Below, piece by piece: positions 22,200 to 34,703 of a DNA stretch of 64,000 bases. Numbering within the stretch: position 1 is the first letter of the stretch; every line of letters begins with the position of its first letter. The translations under genes and the position numbers were made by a program. The notes beneath the pieces were generated by a model that worked only from the letters and a program-made list of their open reading frames with translations, had not been told where the DNA came from and searched no databases. The DNA is from Mobula birostris (lineage: Eukaryota). The stretch lies in assembly GCF_030028105.1 (NCBI RefSeq), contig NC_092379.1:20747309-20811308 (forward strand), given 5' to 3'.

Positions 22200-23790
22200 A
22201 AGAAACAAGGAATCAACATAAGAGTGAACAGGGAACACCGGAGACTGCAGATGCTGGAATCTGGGGCAAGAAGCAATCTGCTGGATAATCTCAGTGGATT
22301 GAGCAGTGTTTGTGGATGGAGGAATATGGTGCAGGCACAGAGCATGTATGAGCAATTCGAGCTGGATAAGCAGGTCATAGAGCACATGATGGGAGTGGTG
22401 TTGTGTGGAATAGCCAATGTCCAGAGCATGGCCGGGCATAGAAAAGGGTGATAGGAGTGCAAAGGTTAGGTTGGCCAGCATCTGTGGAGATAGAGAAAAT
22501 GGGTTTATATTATAGGTGGTGAATGTTCTTCATTGGGAGACTGTCTTGACATCTCTCAGAGCCAGGGACTGTAATCTGCCTAAATGGAAGATATGATGCC
22601 CTTCCTCAAGCTTCACCTTGAGTTGTCATAGTAAGGATGATCAGAGTGGGGTGTTGAATTCATGTCAGAACAAAGTGGAATGTGTCTGAATGAAGAATTT
22701 TTGAAAGTTGTTACTGGGTTTCTGGTTTCCCGGGTGTAGAGGAAGCCACAACCTGAGCAGGGAATCAACTACAGTAATTCAGAAATGTGCAAATGAAGCA
22801 CTGTCTCAGCTAAAAGGAGCCTTTGCATCTCTGGGAGTTGATATGGGAACAAGTTAAAAAGGAAGTAGTTTGATCTCCTACATTTGTGAGAAGGACAGCA
22901 AATATTACACAGTAACAGCTGATCAGTGTAGAACAGTGAATTGAGCAGCAGTGGAAGAAATAATCTTGATTGATTGTTTCCTGGAAGGGGAGGGAAGATT
23001 TATCTGTCTATGATATGACCTTGGAGGTGATGGAAATGAAGAGAATGATTAATGAATTGTGGGAACTTGTGGACCTGCTGATGAGTGGGAGGTGATAATG
23101 GAGTGAGAGCTGGAGTGCTGTAAGTGAAAAAGACATGGTTGAGAGATTAGGCCAACTATGGTGGAGGAGAAACCATGTTTCAGAGAAAAGAAGGTCACCT
23201 TGCAAATAGTGATATGAATGTACCATCAGATCAAATACAGTGGACCCAGGGAAACAGAATGTAATGGAATGTTTTCAGGAAGTAGAATGGAAGGATTGAA
23301 TCTGGTTTAATGGTGGAATTGACATTAGATTGGTTATGTCTGTATTCTGTGTGTGTCATTGGGATGGGCATTGGGCTCTGGCTGACTGGCTTTTGACACT
23401 GTGATGTGTAGATAGGGCCATGGTCTGCTGGAATAAATGGTGGGACATTGATCACAGAGAGTGAAAGTCTTGGATGGTGATTGTGATTGTGTCAATGTCT
23501 GTGTGGTGTGCAGGTTAGGACTGGATGGTGGGTGAAGTGTGGGTGGGGCACCAGATAGTAGGTGTGGTGCAGGAAGGACTCTGGAGAGTGGTATTGGGGG
23601 AGGTTCTGATTGCTTGATGTATAGATAAGAAATCAGACATGGTGGGTGGAACTGAGAGAGGTCATTGTATGACTGGTGGACTAGTGTGGAGTATAAAGAG
23701 TTGGTTAAAGCTGAGGACAGGACTTTGATTGCATGGTGGGTGGCCAGACATTAAATGGAGATTACATGATTTCTGATGTAACTATAAACA
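22200..23790 (-). mobile_element. Old degenerate Penelope-like element (RT and GIY-YIG remnants)
   Basis: Minus strand PADHG (PADKG-like) near 23420, IPCSGCGFLYTRETR near 22740, and the PLE 3' terminus at 22230-22320. Confidence 0.6.
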
Positions 23791-24098
23791 CCTGTGAATG
23801 AGCATCCTAAACCTCTGGCCAAGGCGGCTTACAATCATCTCACCACAACCAAACACTGAGAACATACATGTGTTCCCAGCACAGCATCCATCCATTTCAG
23901 ACTCTTGGTGGAAAGCTAACACCAGGGAAGTACATCAACTGTCCCTGCCTGATCCCAACATCTCTCTCTCACTATGTTTTGATGTATAATTCCTCTTGTT
24001 TCTTTTTGCATCTGTTAATTTCTGTTAATTCAATGCAGAAAATGTGATAATGTCTGACTGTTTTCTGTTATTCACTTTTACATTCTTTACGTTTTCAG

Positions 24099-24334
24099 GA
24101 AAACAAGGCGTACAATCTTCTTTCTCTTCCTCAAACTCAATGAGTCTGTCCTACAATTCATCTCTAGCATTCCTGCAAACCCAGTCTCCATGGGTATACA
24201 GAATACAGAGGAGCATTCAGTTATCATTCCTGATCAAGTTGCAGAAAGGAATTGAATGATTTTCACTTACCAGAAGCTGGGACTTAGCGCAAGAAGCCTG
24301 AGAGTCCAAAGGAGGTTGGTCCCTTGACCTGCTG
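24099..24334 (+). other. Candidate exon, product unknown
   Basis: Long polypyrimidine acceptor (cattctttacgttttcag|) and ctg|gtgagt donor in non-repeat DNA. All three frames contain stops. Confidence 0.25.
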
Positions 24335-24428
24335 GTGAGTTTCATTTAACAGGCTCCAAAAGTGCAATGTTTGCAATTTGTGAGTTAATAGTTAATTAGT
24401 TATAAGCTAATTAACAGCAGCCAATACA

Positions 24429-25289
24429 GGAAACACTCACAACACGCTGGAGGAACTCAGCAGGTCGGGCAGCATCTGTGGAAAAGATCGGTCGACATTT
24501 CGGGCCGGAACCCTTCGTCAGGACTGTAGGGGGAAGGGGCAGAGGCCCTATAAAGAAGGTGGGGGAGGGTGGGAAGGAGAAGGCTGGGAGGTTCCAGGTG
24601 AAATACCAGTAAGGGGAAAGATATAGGGGTGGGGGAGAGGAAGCAGGGAGGTGATAGGCAGGAAAGGTGAAGAAAGAAAAGGGGAAAACACAATGGGTAG
24701 TGGAAGGAGGCGGAACCATGAGGGAGGTGATAGACAGCTGGGGGAGGGGGCAGAGTGACATAGGGATAGGGGAACAGAGGCGGGGGGGGGGGATTACCAG
24801 AAGTTGGAGAAATCTATGTTCATACCAAGGGGCTGGAGACTACCTAGATGGTATATGAGGTGTTGCTCCTCCAACCTCCGTTTAGCTTCATCATGGCAGT
24901 AGAGGAGGCCAGGTATGGACATATCTGAATGGGAGTGGGAAGCAGGGATGAAGTGGGTGGCTACTGGGAGATCCTGTCTGTTTTGGCGGACGGAGCGGAG
25001 GTGCTCGACGAAGTGGTCCCCCAATCTGCGTCGGGTTTCATCGATGTAGAGGGGGCTGCACCGGGAGCACCGGATGCAATAGATGACCCCAACAGACTCA
25101 CAAGTGAAGTGTTGCCTCACTTGGAAGGACTGTTTGGGGCCCTGAATGGTGGCAAGAGAGGAGTTGTAGGGACAGGTGCAGCACTTGCACTTACAGGGAT
25201 AAGTGCCAGGTGGGATGTTGCCCGACCTGCTGAGTTCCTCCAGCATGTTGTGAGTGTTGCTTTGACCCCAGCATCTGCAGATTATTTTG
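24429..25289 (-). mobile_element. Penelope-like element 3' part (GIY-YIG) with inverted terminal copy
   Basis: ORF 24794-25327: VIYCIRCSRCSPLYIDETRRRL...EHLRSV...RLEEQHLI. Hammerhead motif at about 24490-24525. Inverted terminal copy at 25214-25289. 10-bp TSD agccaataca (24419-24428 / 25290-25299). Confidence 0.9.
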
Positions 25290-25299
25290 AGCCAATACA

Positions 25300-25850
25300 A
25301 GAAGTTTGGGTCAAGCAGAATGGCCATTGTGACAGTGAGTCAGTGGACTGGAGGAGAGCAGAGGCTTTGACTCAAGAGCTTTTGTGATGAAGAGGTGGAG
25401 TAAGCGGCTCAGATCTGGGGAATGAGAATAGATTTCTAAAAAGGCTTCACCGAGAAGGCACAGGTAAGATTTTATTTCGTTTTTCATCCTCAGTACTACA
25501 TTCGGTCAATGCAGGATAGTGAAATGCTCCTCCTACCAGACGTGGGAATTCAGGGAACCTCATGGTACACATCTGTAGGCAGTTCACCCTTGCATACTAG
25601 GTCAAGGAACCGGGGCTGGACCTGCAGGTACTCGGTATCAACAGGGAAGCTGAGGGGTTCAGAGATGAGACTGTTACTGATGTAGACACACCTAAAGTAC
25701 ACACTTCATATAGATGGGGAAGGAAGGAGTGAAGGCAATCAGTATAAGGGTCCCCTGTGGCCATTCCCCTGACTAATAGGTACATGTTTTTGGATACTGT
25801 CGAGGGGGATGTTCTTTTAAGGGCTAGCAGAAAGGTCAGGTCTCTGGCTC
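25300..25850 (+). mobile_element. CR1 5' UTR and ORF1 N-terminal fragment
   Basis: Homologous to 36200-36450 and 40480-40830 (cagtataagggtcccctgtggccattccc block). Confidence 0.65.
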
Positions 25851-25879
25851 TTAGGCTCAGAGGGTGAGTATGCAGGCAT

Positions 25880-26840
25880 ACTGGGCATCAGGACAGGATA
25901 CTCAAAAGACTGAGAAGTATCTTAGAAGTTTGTGAAAATTCGATGTCATCTCAAACATTGTCGGACTTCTATAGCTGTGGTGTGGACAAAATACTGACTG
26001 GTTGCATCATGGTCTAGTTTGGGATCACCAATACCCTTGAACGTTAAAGCCTGCAAAATGTAGTGGATACAACCAGGTCCATTGTGGGTAAAGCCCTCCC
26101 CACCACTGAGCATGTCCACGAGGAGTGCTGTCTCAGGAAAGCAGCTCCAACATCAAGGACCTACTCCATACCAGACATGTTCTCTACTTTGGAAGGAAGT
26201 ACAGGACACTCAAGACCCACACCACTAGGTTCAGGAACAGTTATTACCCCTCACTCATCAGGCTCCTGAACCAGATGAGATAACTTCACTCACCCCAACA
26301 CTGAACTTTTCCTACAGCCTGTGCTCTCAGTTTCAAGGACTCTTCATCTCAAGTTCTTGATATTTATGCTTATTTACTTATTGTTATTGTTATTATTTTG
26401 TTTGTTTCTTTTTCCATTTAGTACTCCAATGTACCAATATAAAAAGATCCTTAATGAGAATATTAAATGAGAGGAAACTTAAATTCCTGGGCCATGTCAT
26501 CAGAAAGGGAGAAATAGAATTCTTTTCATTACAAGGCCGTATGCCTGGGAAATGCGGAAGAGGAAGGCAAAGAAGAAAATAAATGAACACTGTGAAAGGA
26601 CTAACAGATCTAAGTGTGCAAGATAGCATTGACGCTGCGAGGGATCGTTGGATGTGGAGTGCCATGATCGCCCAAGCGTGTAACGCGCAAGGCACATAGA
26701 AGAAGAAGATTTGTAATTTGCTGTATTTTGTTCATTGGTTGCTTGCCTGGTGTGTGCGGGTTTTCATTGATATGATTGCCTCTCTTTTTATTTACGCTGA
26801 ATGTCTCAAGAAAATGAATCTCGGGGTAGTATATGGTGAC
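25880..26840 (+). mobile_element. Rex1/L2-like LINE 3' fragment interrupted by an RTE
   Basis: atactgactggttgcatca...gccctccccaccactgag...aggaaagcagc RT C-terminal block; T-rich 3' UTR resumes after 26710. Clade assignment is tentative. Confidence 0.55.
26410..26709 (+). mobile_element. RTE-clade LINE 3' end
   Basis: KFLGHVIRKGE..GRMPGKCGRGRQR...AARDRWMW..GT* followed by an (agaag)n tail. Confidence 0.8.
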
Positions 26841-27235
26841 AACAAGTGAGGGTTTAAACTAGTTTGGCAGGTGTGTGGGACATAGGAGTGTGAAATCAGT
26901 GATAAATTAGGGGTATATTCAGCAACCTTCACCCAGCAATCAGGATAGGCATGTTTACCATGAAGTGGCAGATAAAACCCTTGATATACATTATATCTGT
27001 TTGTAGTTCCATAGTAAGTAGCCGTTGATCCCAGGGGATCATGGATTCACACCTCTGGTGGACTGTGCCCTCTCCAGGGCCTTGGTGGGAAGATTTGAAG
27101 AACCAGCTGTTGCTTCTGTAGCAGGTTCCCCTCTCCACATCACTGATGTAGTCCAAGGGAATATAAAAGCAGAGATGTGATGTTGAGGCTCTGTAAGGCA
27201 CTCGTAAGACCACACTTGGAGTATTGTGTTCAATT

Positions 27236-27727
27236 TTTAGATTAGATTAGATTAGATTAGATTATGAGGACACTCAGTCCTCTTTTATTGTCATTTAGTA
27301 ATGCATGCATTAAGAAATGATACAACGTTCCTCCAGAATGATATCACAGAAACACAAGACAAACCGACTGAAAAACTGACAAAAACCACATAATTATAAC
27401 ATATAGTTTCAACAGTGCTAGCAATACTGTAATCTGATTAAGAATAGACCATGGGCACGGTAAACAAAAAAGGTCTCAAAGTCTCTTGAAAGTCCCATTA
27501 TCTCACGCAGATGGTAGAAGGAAGAAAAACTCTCCCTGCCATGAACCTCCAGCGCTGCAAACTTGCCGATGCAGCACCCTGGAAGCACCCAACCACAGCC
27601 GATTCTTGAGTCCGTCTGAAAAATTCGAGCTTCCGACACCGAGCACCATATCTGCCGAGCGCTTTGACCCCAGACCCGGCAACGGAACAGGCAAAGCCGA
27701 GGATTTGGGGCCTTCCCCTCTGGAGCT
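27236..27727 (-). mobile_element. SINE-like (AATCT)n-tailed element, copy 2, 5'-truncated
   Basis: (ttaga)5 tail at 27237-27265. Body is the reverse complement of 15170-15635. Inserted in a CR1. Confidence 0.8.
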
Positions 27728-28240
27728 CCTTATTTAAGAAAAGATATACTGACATTGGAGAGGGTTCAGAGAAGATTCACGAGAATGATTCCAGGAATGA
27801 AAGGGTTACCATATGAGGAATATCTGGCAGTTCTTGGGCTGTATTACCTGGAGTTCAGGAGACTAAGGAGGAATCTCATAGAAATATTCCGATTGTTAAA
27901 AGGCCTGAACAGATTAGATATGGCAAAGTTATTTCCCATGGTAGGGGATTCTAGAACAAGAGGGCGTGACTTCAGGATCAAAGGACATCCTTTTAGAACT
28001 GAGATGCAGAGAAATTACTTTAGTCAGAATGTGGTAAATCTGTGGAATTTGTTGCCACAAGCAGCTGTGGAGGCTGAGTCTTAAGGCAGAGATAGATAGG
28101 TTCTTGATTAACCAGGGCATCAAAGGGTATGGGGTGAAGGTAGGGGAGTGGGGATGACTGGAAAAATTGGATCAGCCCATGATTGAATGGTGAAGCAGAC
28201 TTGATGGGCCGAATGGCCTACTTCTGCTCCTATATCTTAT
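27728..28240 (+). mobile_element. CR1 LINE 3' fragment (begins about 27160, split by the SINE-like insert)
   Basis: ORF 27755 ERVQRRFTRMIPGMKGLPYEE followed by the CR1 3' UTR. Confidence 0.9.
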
Positions 28241-28244
28241 GGAA

Positions 28245-28488
28245 GGGCAAGCGCTGATACAGCTTGGCACCAGTGTTGTCGCAGAGGTTGCCAGAGTGAA
28301 GTTTTAAACAACATCAACCTGCCTTAGGGACCCCTGCTCCAGATTTCTTCCTCAGGATTTACTTCCGAAGCCTTACCCATGGGTGGGTATGGCCACAAGG
28401 CAGCAGAGGTTTAAAATCAGTTTTCTTTCTCCTAGGTGGGCTGCCGTCTGGGGCTGATGAGTCCCACCTGCCCAAATCTAGTTCCATA
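28245..28488 (-). mobile_element. RTE-like 5' UTR fragment
   Basis: Homologous to 59700-59910. Confidence 0.5.
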
Positions 28489-29055
28489 TGTAACATGCTG
28501 TAAGGTTTCACTACTAATGTAATGGCCTCTCAGTAATGTTTGACTGCTAATGTAATGGTTTCTCTGCAGCAGCAATGTTTGGGTTATGACTAGAGATAAT
28601 GGGACTTTGGAATGTTGGGCTATCCAATGAGAGGAATGTTGTTCTTTCTGGAAGAGGGATTTGCGTGGTCTCTTGGCGGTGAGAGAGGAAGAAGGAAGAT
28701 GCGTGTGGAGAGAGCTGGTAGACCACCGGATGAAGTGGACTGGGAGTGGGTGTCCGAATGTCAGCGATGCCCGGAGGAGATCAATGGTTCAGTGAGCTCC
28801 AATGTGTACTTTTGACTTTTCCTTAAAATGGACCTTTTTTTCTTTTTATTTTCTTTACTAACCCTATATTCAGATCAAGATTTATAAAGTTCAATCATGT
28901 ATTTGCATATGGTGTACTTCTGATATTTTGCGGTGTGGTTTTGTAACTGGGCAACACATCACACAACATCCACACAAACGAGATTTCTTAGTTTGTCGGG
29001 GCCAGAAGCTGTCTTCCCCTAGATGAACATGTGCTGGTTGAGCCTGAGGGTTACA
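28489..29055 (+). mobile_element. Solo LTR (567 bp), 4-bp TSD family
   Basis: tgtaac...gttaca perfect terminal inverted repeat and TSD cata (28485-28488 / 29056-29059). Orientation tentative. Confidence 0.88.
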
Positions 29056-31549
29056 CATACACTATCCTCAGGTAGGATGGATGAAATGAAAGGAGTGTTG
29101 ATTGCTTCCAGTAACTGGAATATTGTGGCCATAACAGAAACGTGGCTGAGAGAAGGGCAGCTCAATGTTCAGGGATACTGATACAGGGGGACAGATAGGA
29201 CTGGAGAGGATATTGTCCTTTGAAAACAGAGGAGAATGTGGGACAGCCTCAGAAGTTTGTAAAATCATGAGGGGTATGGAATGGTGGATGGTTATAGGCT
29301 TTTCCTCAGGGTTGGGGAGTCCAACATGGGAGGGTACTAATAGAAGATAAGAGGGCAGAGATTAAAAAGAGATCTGAGAGTTAACTTTACACCGAGAGTA
29401 GTGAGTACCTGGCAGCATCAATGGACCTGACCTGCTGAGTTCCTCCAGCATTTTGTGTTTGTTGCTTAATGATTTGTCAGGATTACAAACAGGTTATATT
29501 CCTCCATTCCCTGAGAGCTTTGGAGTTATTGGGCTTCCTCCTCAGGACCCTCTCAATCAGGGCAAGTGAGGGGACTCTGTGCAACTTGCTAGGGTACTGC
29601 AGACTTTCACAGTGTACCTGGACTGATCCTTCAATGTGTGTTAACCCCTCACCAGTGGGTGGCTTTGTTCATTAGGCTGCAAATAACAGTTCACTACTGG
29701 ATGTTTTACTAGTTAGTTTGAATTTGCTGTGAGTAAAAGTTTTTCATGCTCTGTAGTTTTGACTTTGCAACAGTAATAGAGAGTGCGGGTAAGTGATCTA
29801 CAGAAACAGCTTGAAAACCAACCATACCTGAGGACAATTAGCTTTGGTACATTAAAGTAACCTGGAATTCAAATGCCATAAATTGTGGGAAATGATGATG
29901 TGAAACCACTGAATTGGTATAATCTATCAGGTCCACTCTGCCATTCAGGGAGGGAAATGTGTCATTCCCTCTTGTTCTGATCCTGCAAGAGACTTCAGAA
30001 AGAAAACTATGTTTGACTGTGAAGTCCTGTTGGTGTCCTGAGATTGAGTAAGATGCTGCAAAAGTACAAGTTCTCTTTTTACTGCAACTGTTATCCTCAA
30101 CTCAGATCCCTTGCCCATTTCTGTGTCTCCTGCACCCTCCACCGCAGCCATAGTTTCAACCTTTTACGCTGTCAGCACTGGCATCTTCTCCCATAATCGT
30201 TCCATATTTCTGTTTTTCCCAGCTCTGAAAAGCAGTTCTATAAAACACCCATCCTTCAACAAGATTGCAATCTGCCGATAAAACACAAAGAAATAGTGAG
30301 AGACAAATGACTTGGATTTGCAGTCCTGCTGTTGCAAACTGCTTCATGTTACTACATTTAGTCAGCAGTGTTAGACACCAATTAGCATGAAAATGCAAAG
30401 ATTGTAGAGGTAGATAAATCATACGTGCATAGAAAGAGGGAGGTAGAAAGAGAGAGAGGGAGATAGAATCTATGCAGAATTAGGTTATAAAACAGAGATG
30501 CCGAGGTAGAAAATTCTACAGCTCATTGGCATAAATATTGAATTCTCAAATTTCAGTTAATATAGCCACTTCTGTCTCTTTCTATGGCCTCCAGGTCTAC
30601 CCAGATCCTCCTATACTCATCCAGCCAGCGACACCACTGCCAACTCTTGATTGCACTGTTTCCATCCCCTCTTGTAACTACTCCAACTGTCATCACTCAC
30701 ACACTACTGCTACTGAGTTCACTCCCCCGCCCACTCATCTCCATAATTTGGCTTTACCTTCCATTCCTATCAGATTTCACCATGTACACCCTATTGTTCC
30801 CTCCACCTGCCTTGTACCAGTCCTCAGTTGGATTCACGTATCACTAACCAGCTCTTGCTCTGTCTGCCCTCTACTCTTGCAGCCCAGATGCAGGGTCTTG
30901 ACCTGCAGTATCAACTGTACATTCCCCACAGTGGTGTTGTCAAACCTGTTCAGTTTCTTCAGCAGTTTGTTTTAAGACAATTTTAACTCTAATCTCCCAT
31001 GTCTCCATGTATTCCAAGTGTCTGATTCTTCTGGATCAGTTTACCATGAGTGATCATGTAGAATCCTTTACTAAAGCCCATGTAGACAACATCCATTTCC
31101 CTGTCATTATCAATCAGCTTCATCACCTCCCAAAAAAATCTCAGTTGTTCTTAAGGCAGGAATTCTGATGCACAAAGACAGGCTGACGGTTCCTCATACG
31201 TCCATACTCACCAAAAGTGAGTGAATCCTGTCCCTGAGAATCTTCTCCCATCATTTCCCTACATTTCATGGGAGGCTCACAACCTATAATTTGCTGTGAA
31301 TAAAATTTTTTGAGGCACTGTAGCTCTGACTTTGCAATGGTAATAGAGAGTATGGGTAAGTGATCCAGAGAAACAGATTGCCCTTATACAAAGAAAAACA
31401 TTAGCAATTTTGCAGACATCTGGGACCTCACTTCACTAAAGGAGATACAAAGATAACTAGCCCTTGTCTCAGCCCACTTTCACCTCTTTATACTGGTGAT
31501 CTCTGTTATACACTTTCAGTTAAGGTGAAGGGCCTTCATCCAAAATGTT

Positions 31550-33020
31550 GATTGCCCATTTCCCTCAAAAACCTCAGATTCACTTGTCCATTTTTGACAC
31601 CAACTTCCCCGTTCTTGGTCCATTTACAATACTACAAAATCACTGACTCCCATAACTATCAAGACAACACTTCCTCTCAAATTCATTCGGGTAAGGATGC
31701 CATTTCTTTCTCTCAGTTTCTCTGTCTCTACTGCATCTGTTCTAGAGAAGTGGCCTTCCAAAGCAGGACATCTGGAATGTCGTCTTTTCAGAAGGAACAT
31801 CAACTTTCAACTCACTCTCATGCTGTGGTTGATAGAGACCTGACCCACATCTCCTCTTACAACAATTCTGCATTGAATCCATCTCCCTCAGACAGAATAG
31901 GGAGAGAGCTTCCTCGCCTTTCATCCCTCCAGCTTTCACATCCAGTAATTCATTCACTGACATTTCGAACAGCTACAATGTGATCCCACCATTAGTTACA
32001 TCAACCCCTCCCCACCAATTTACTTTCCACGGGGACCACCCTCTCTGTGATTCACTGGTTTGTTGATAACTCACCCTCCCCAGGCATTTCCCATGCAACT
32101 GGTGATGGTGTAACACCTGTCGCTCTACCTCTTCACCACCATTCAATCACCTAAGCAGTCTTTCCAGTGAGGAACACACATCAAAGTTGCTCGTGAATGC
32201 AGCAGGCCAGGCAGCATCTCTAGGAAGAGGTATAGTCGACGTTTCTGTACCTCTTCCTAGAGATGCTGCCTGGCCTGCTGCATTCACCAGCAACTTTGAC
32301 GTGTGTTGCTTGAATTTCCAGCATCTGCAGACTTCCTCGTGTTTACGCTTTCCAGTGAGGCTCAGGTTTCCAGGCACTGCATCCACTGTTGACTATCGCA
32401 TTCAGTGCTCTCAAGGTGACACCCAAATAGGGAACCACTTTAACAAACACCTGCACTCCAGACACAATGGCCATCAACAGCTCCCACTTGCAAGCCATTT
32501 TAATTCCTCTCCTCATTGCCACAGCAAGCCATCTGGTCTTAGCATCATTCAGTGCAACAGAAAGGCTAAAAGCAAGCTAGAGGAATAGAACCTCATATTC
32601 CACTTGAGTTATCTACAATACGATATCCCAAATATTGAAGTCTACAATTTCAGGTCAACTTCTCCTCCTCTGTCCCCTTTTCTCTCTCGTCCTGATCTAC
32701 CCAGATCCTCTCATACACATCATTATTTCCAAACTCCCCAGCCCCAACATGACTCCAGGGGAATTGTTTATTTCTGACAAGCAAATTTTAAGGGAGATCA
32801 AGCAGCAGTGCCGTGGTCTCTTGGTCATTGTGGAGAGTGGACATTAGAGTGAGGTGGATTTTTTTCTGATACTGTACTTAGTTTTCAACCTTAAAATGTC
32901 TAATTTCATCAGCTCTGGTGAAAGGCTTGTGATATTAGTTTGCTTCTATGCACAGATACTGCCCGTCCTGTAATTTCAGTAGTTTTTATCTCTTATTTGC
33001 AACATGTGTAGTTATTTGTC
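31550..33020 (+). mobile_element. Old Penelope-like element (RT C-terminus, GIY-YIG, 3' end)
   Basis: HSSHPxxCKDAI.FSQFL-like segment (ORF 31552), PKQSFQ motif at 32150-32170, SKLEE*NLIFHL at 32570-32610. Confidence 0.65.
32173..32347 (+). mobile_element. 175-bp fold-back Penelope terminal mini-element
   Basis: 60-bp arms at 32173-32232 and 32248-32307 (58/60 complementary), 15-nt loop, 13-bp TSD ctttccagtgagg (32160-32172 / 32348-32360). Confidence 0.92.
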
Positions 33021-34177
33021 CCTCAGTGATGATTTCATTCATTCCGTTGGAGTTCAGATGCTAATTTTGTCTGAAGCAGATTGGATTCGAACAATTTGTT
33101 ACCCTGCAATACTAACTATAACCACTAGGGGTCAGAGGACCACCTCCAGATTCTGAGCCTTCAATTAAACTGGCTGCTGTAATAATCTCTGAGTGTCAGT
33201 GTAACAGTCAGGCAAAAAGACACTGCTGGACGGTGTGGGTGAAACAGTGCAGGGGGATTCCATCGTGCCAGAAGGTCCTAAGACTACAGGAACTCTTCAG
33301 ATGAATTTGTCACATTGAAAGTGACAGAAAGGGAAAGGAGAGTGTTTTCATTCATCAGTATCTCACTGATGGGACTTTTTATACAATCCCTGCTTTCCCT
33401 CGCTGGCTTTTTCTGTCAATACATCATTACTTTGCAATAATTTGCATTTATACGGTGTCTTCAATGGAGCTTGATTTGAGCTCGTGTTCATTGGACTCTA
33501 TTTTTGCTATTTTACAGTTGTTTTGACAATCGTTGACATTCATGAGTTGGCATATTTGGTGATGTATATAGTCTACTCGCCGACACTTCATTTCTTTCCC
33601 TCCACTACTGATATACAATGTATATTGCCTGTGTAGTGCTTCCAAGAGTTTTTCCTTCTGATTTTCAACATGAGCAGGTTTTCTTTATTTAGGTAATTTC
33701 ATTCCGTCTGTTGAACCCGGATGCTCATGGACTGTCCTCATTCAGGGATCCGACAGCTTATTTCCATCGATGCTGCTCAACCCACTGAGTTCCTCCAGTA
33801 GATTTTGTGCAGCTCCAGATCCCAGCGTCTGCAGATTCTTGTGTCTGGATTGAAGTCAATTTGACTGGAAGCCTGTGTCACCTTGCAGTGATAAACTTCA
33901 ACCACAAGGGGTCAGAGGAACGCCTCCAAATATTCAGGCTTCAGTCAAACTGATTGTTGTAATACCAACCGACAGCCACTGGGTGTCAGTGTATCCGTCA
34001 GACAGAGAGGGTGGCAGATGTGGGTCAAACACAGTTTCTGAGTCTGAAGGAATTGCTCAGATGAATATGTCACATTGCAATATGTCTTTCTTTCACATCC
34101 TAAATGCGGGATTGCTGGTAGGTTAATTGCACATGCATTTAGAGAGTCAGAGAGTCAAGGAGCATGGAAACAAGCCC

Positions 34178-34703
34178 AAACACAAAATACTCTGCAGATG
34201 CTGGGGTCAAAGCAACACTCTCAACACGCTGGAGGAACTTAGCAGGTCGGGCAGCATCTTCCCTCTTCAGTCCTGACGAAAGAAGCAACACCTCATATAC
34301 CGTCTAGATAGTCGCCAGCCCCTTGGTATGAACATAGAATTCTCCAACTTCCGGTAATTCCATCCCCCTCCCTTCCCCTATCTCTATTTCACTCTGCACC
34401 CCCCCAGCTGCCTATCACCTCCCTCGTGTTTCCGCCTCCTTCTACTACCCATTGTACTTTCCCCTATTCCTTCTTCACCTTTCCTGTCTATCACCTCCCT
34501 GCTTCCACTCCCCCACCCCTTTATCTTTCCCATTACTGGTTTTTCACCTGGAACCTACCAGCCTTCTCCTTCCCACCTTCTTTATAGGGCCTCTGCCCCT
34601 TCCCTCTCCAATCCCGACGAAAGGTTCCGGCCCAAAACGTTGACTGATCGTTTCCATGGATGCTGCCCGACCTGCTGAGTTCCTCCAGCATGTTGTGAGT
34701 GTT
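34178..34703 (+). mobile_element. Penelope-like 3' fragment with inverted 5' terminal copy
   Basis: QHLIYRLDSRQPLGMNIEFSNFR* at 34285-34355. Inverted copy at 34178-34258. 16-bp TSD gcatggaaacaagccc (34162-34177 / 34704-34719). Confidence 0.9.

Noticed and set aside
29945-30290. Ig-like words on the minus strand (ADSVKG; GKGSELRIT)
   Set aside because: They are in different frames separated by stops, with no Cys/Trp V-domain framework and no RSS.
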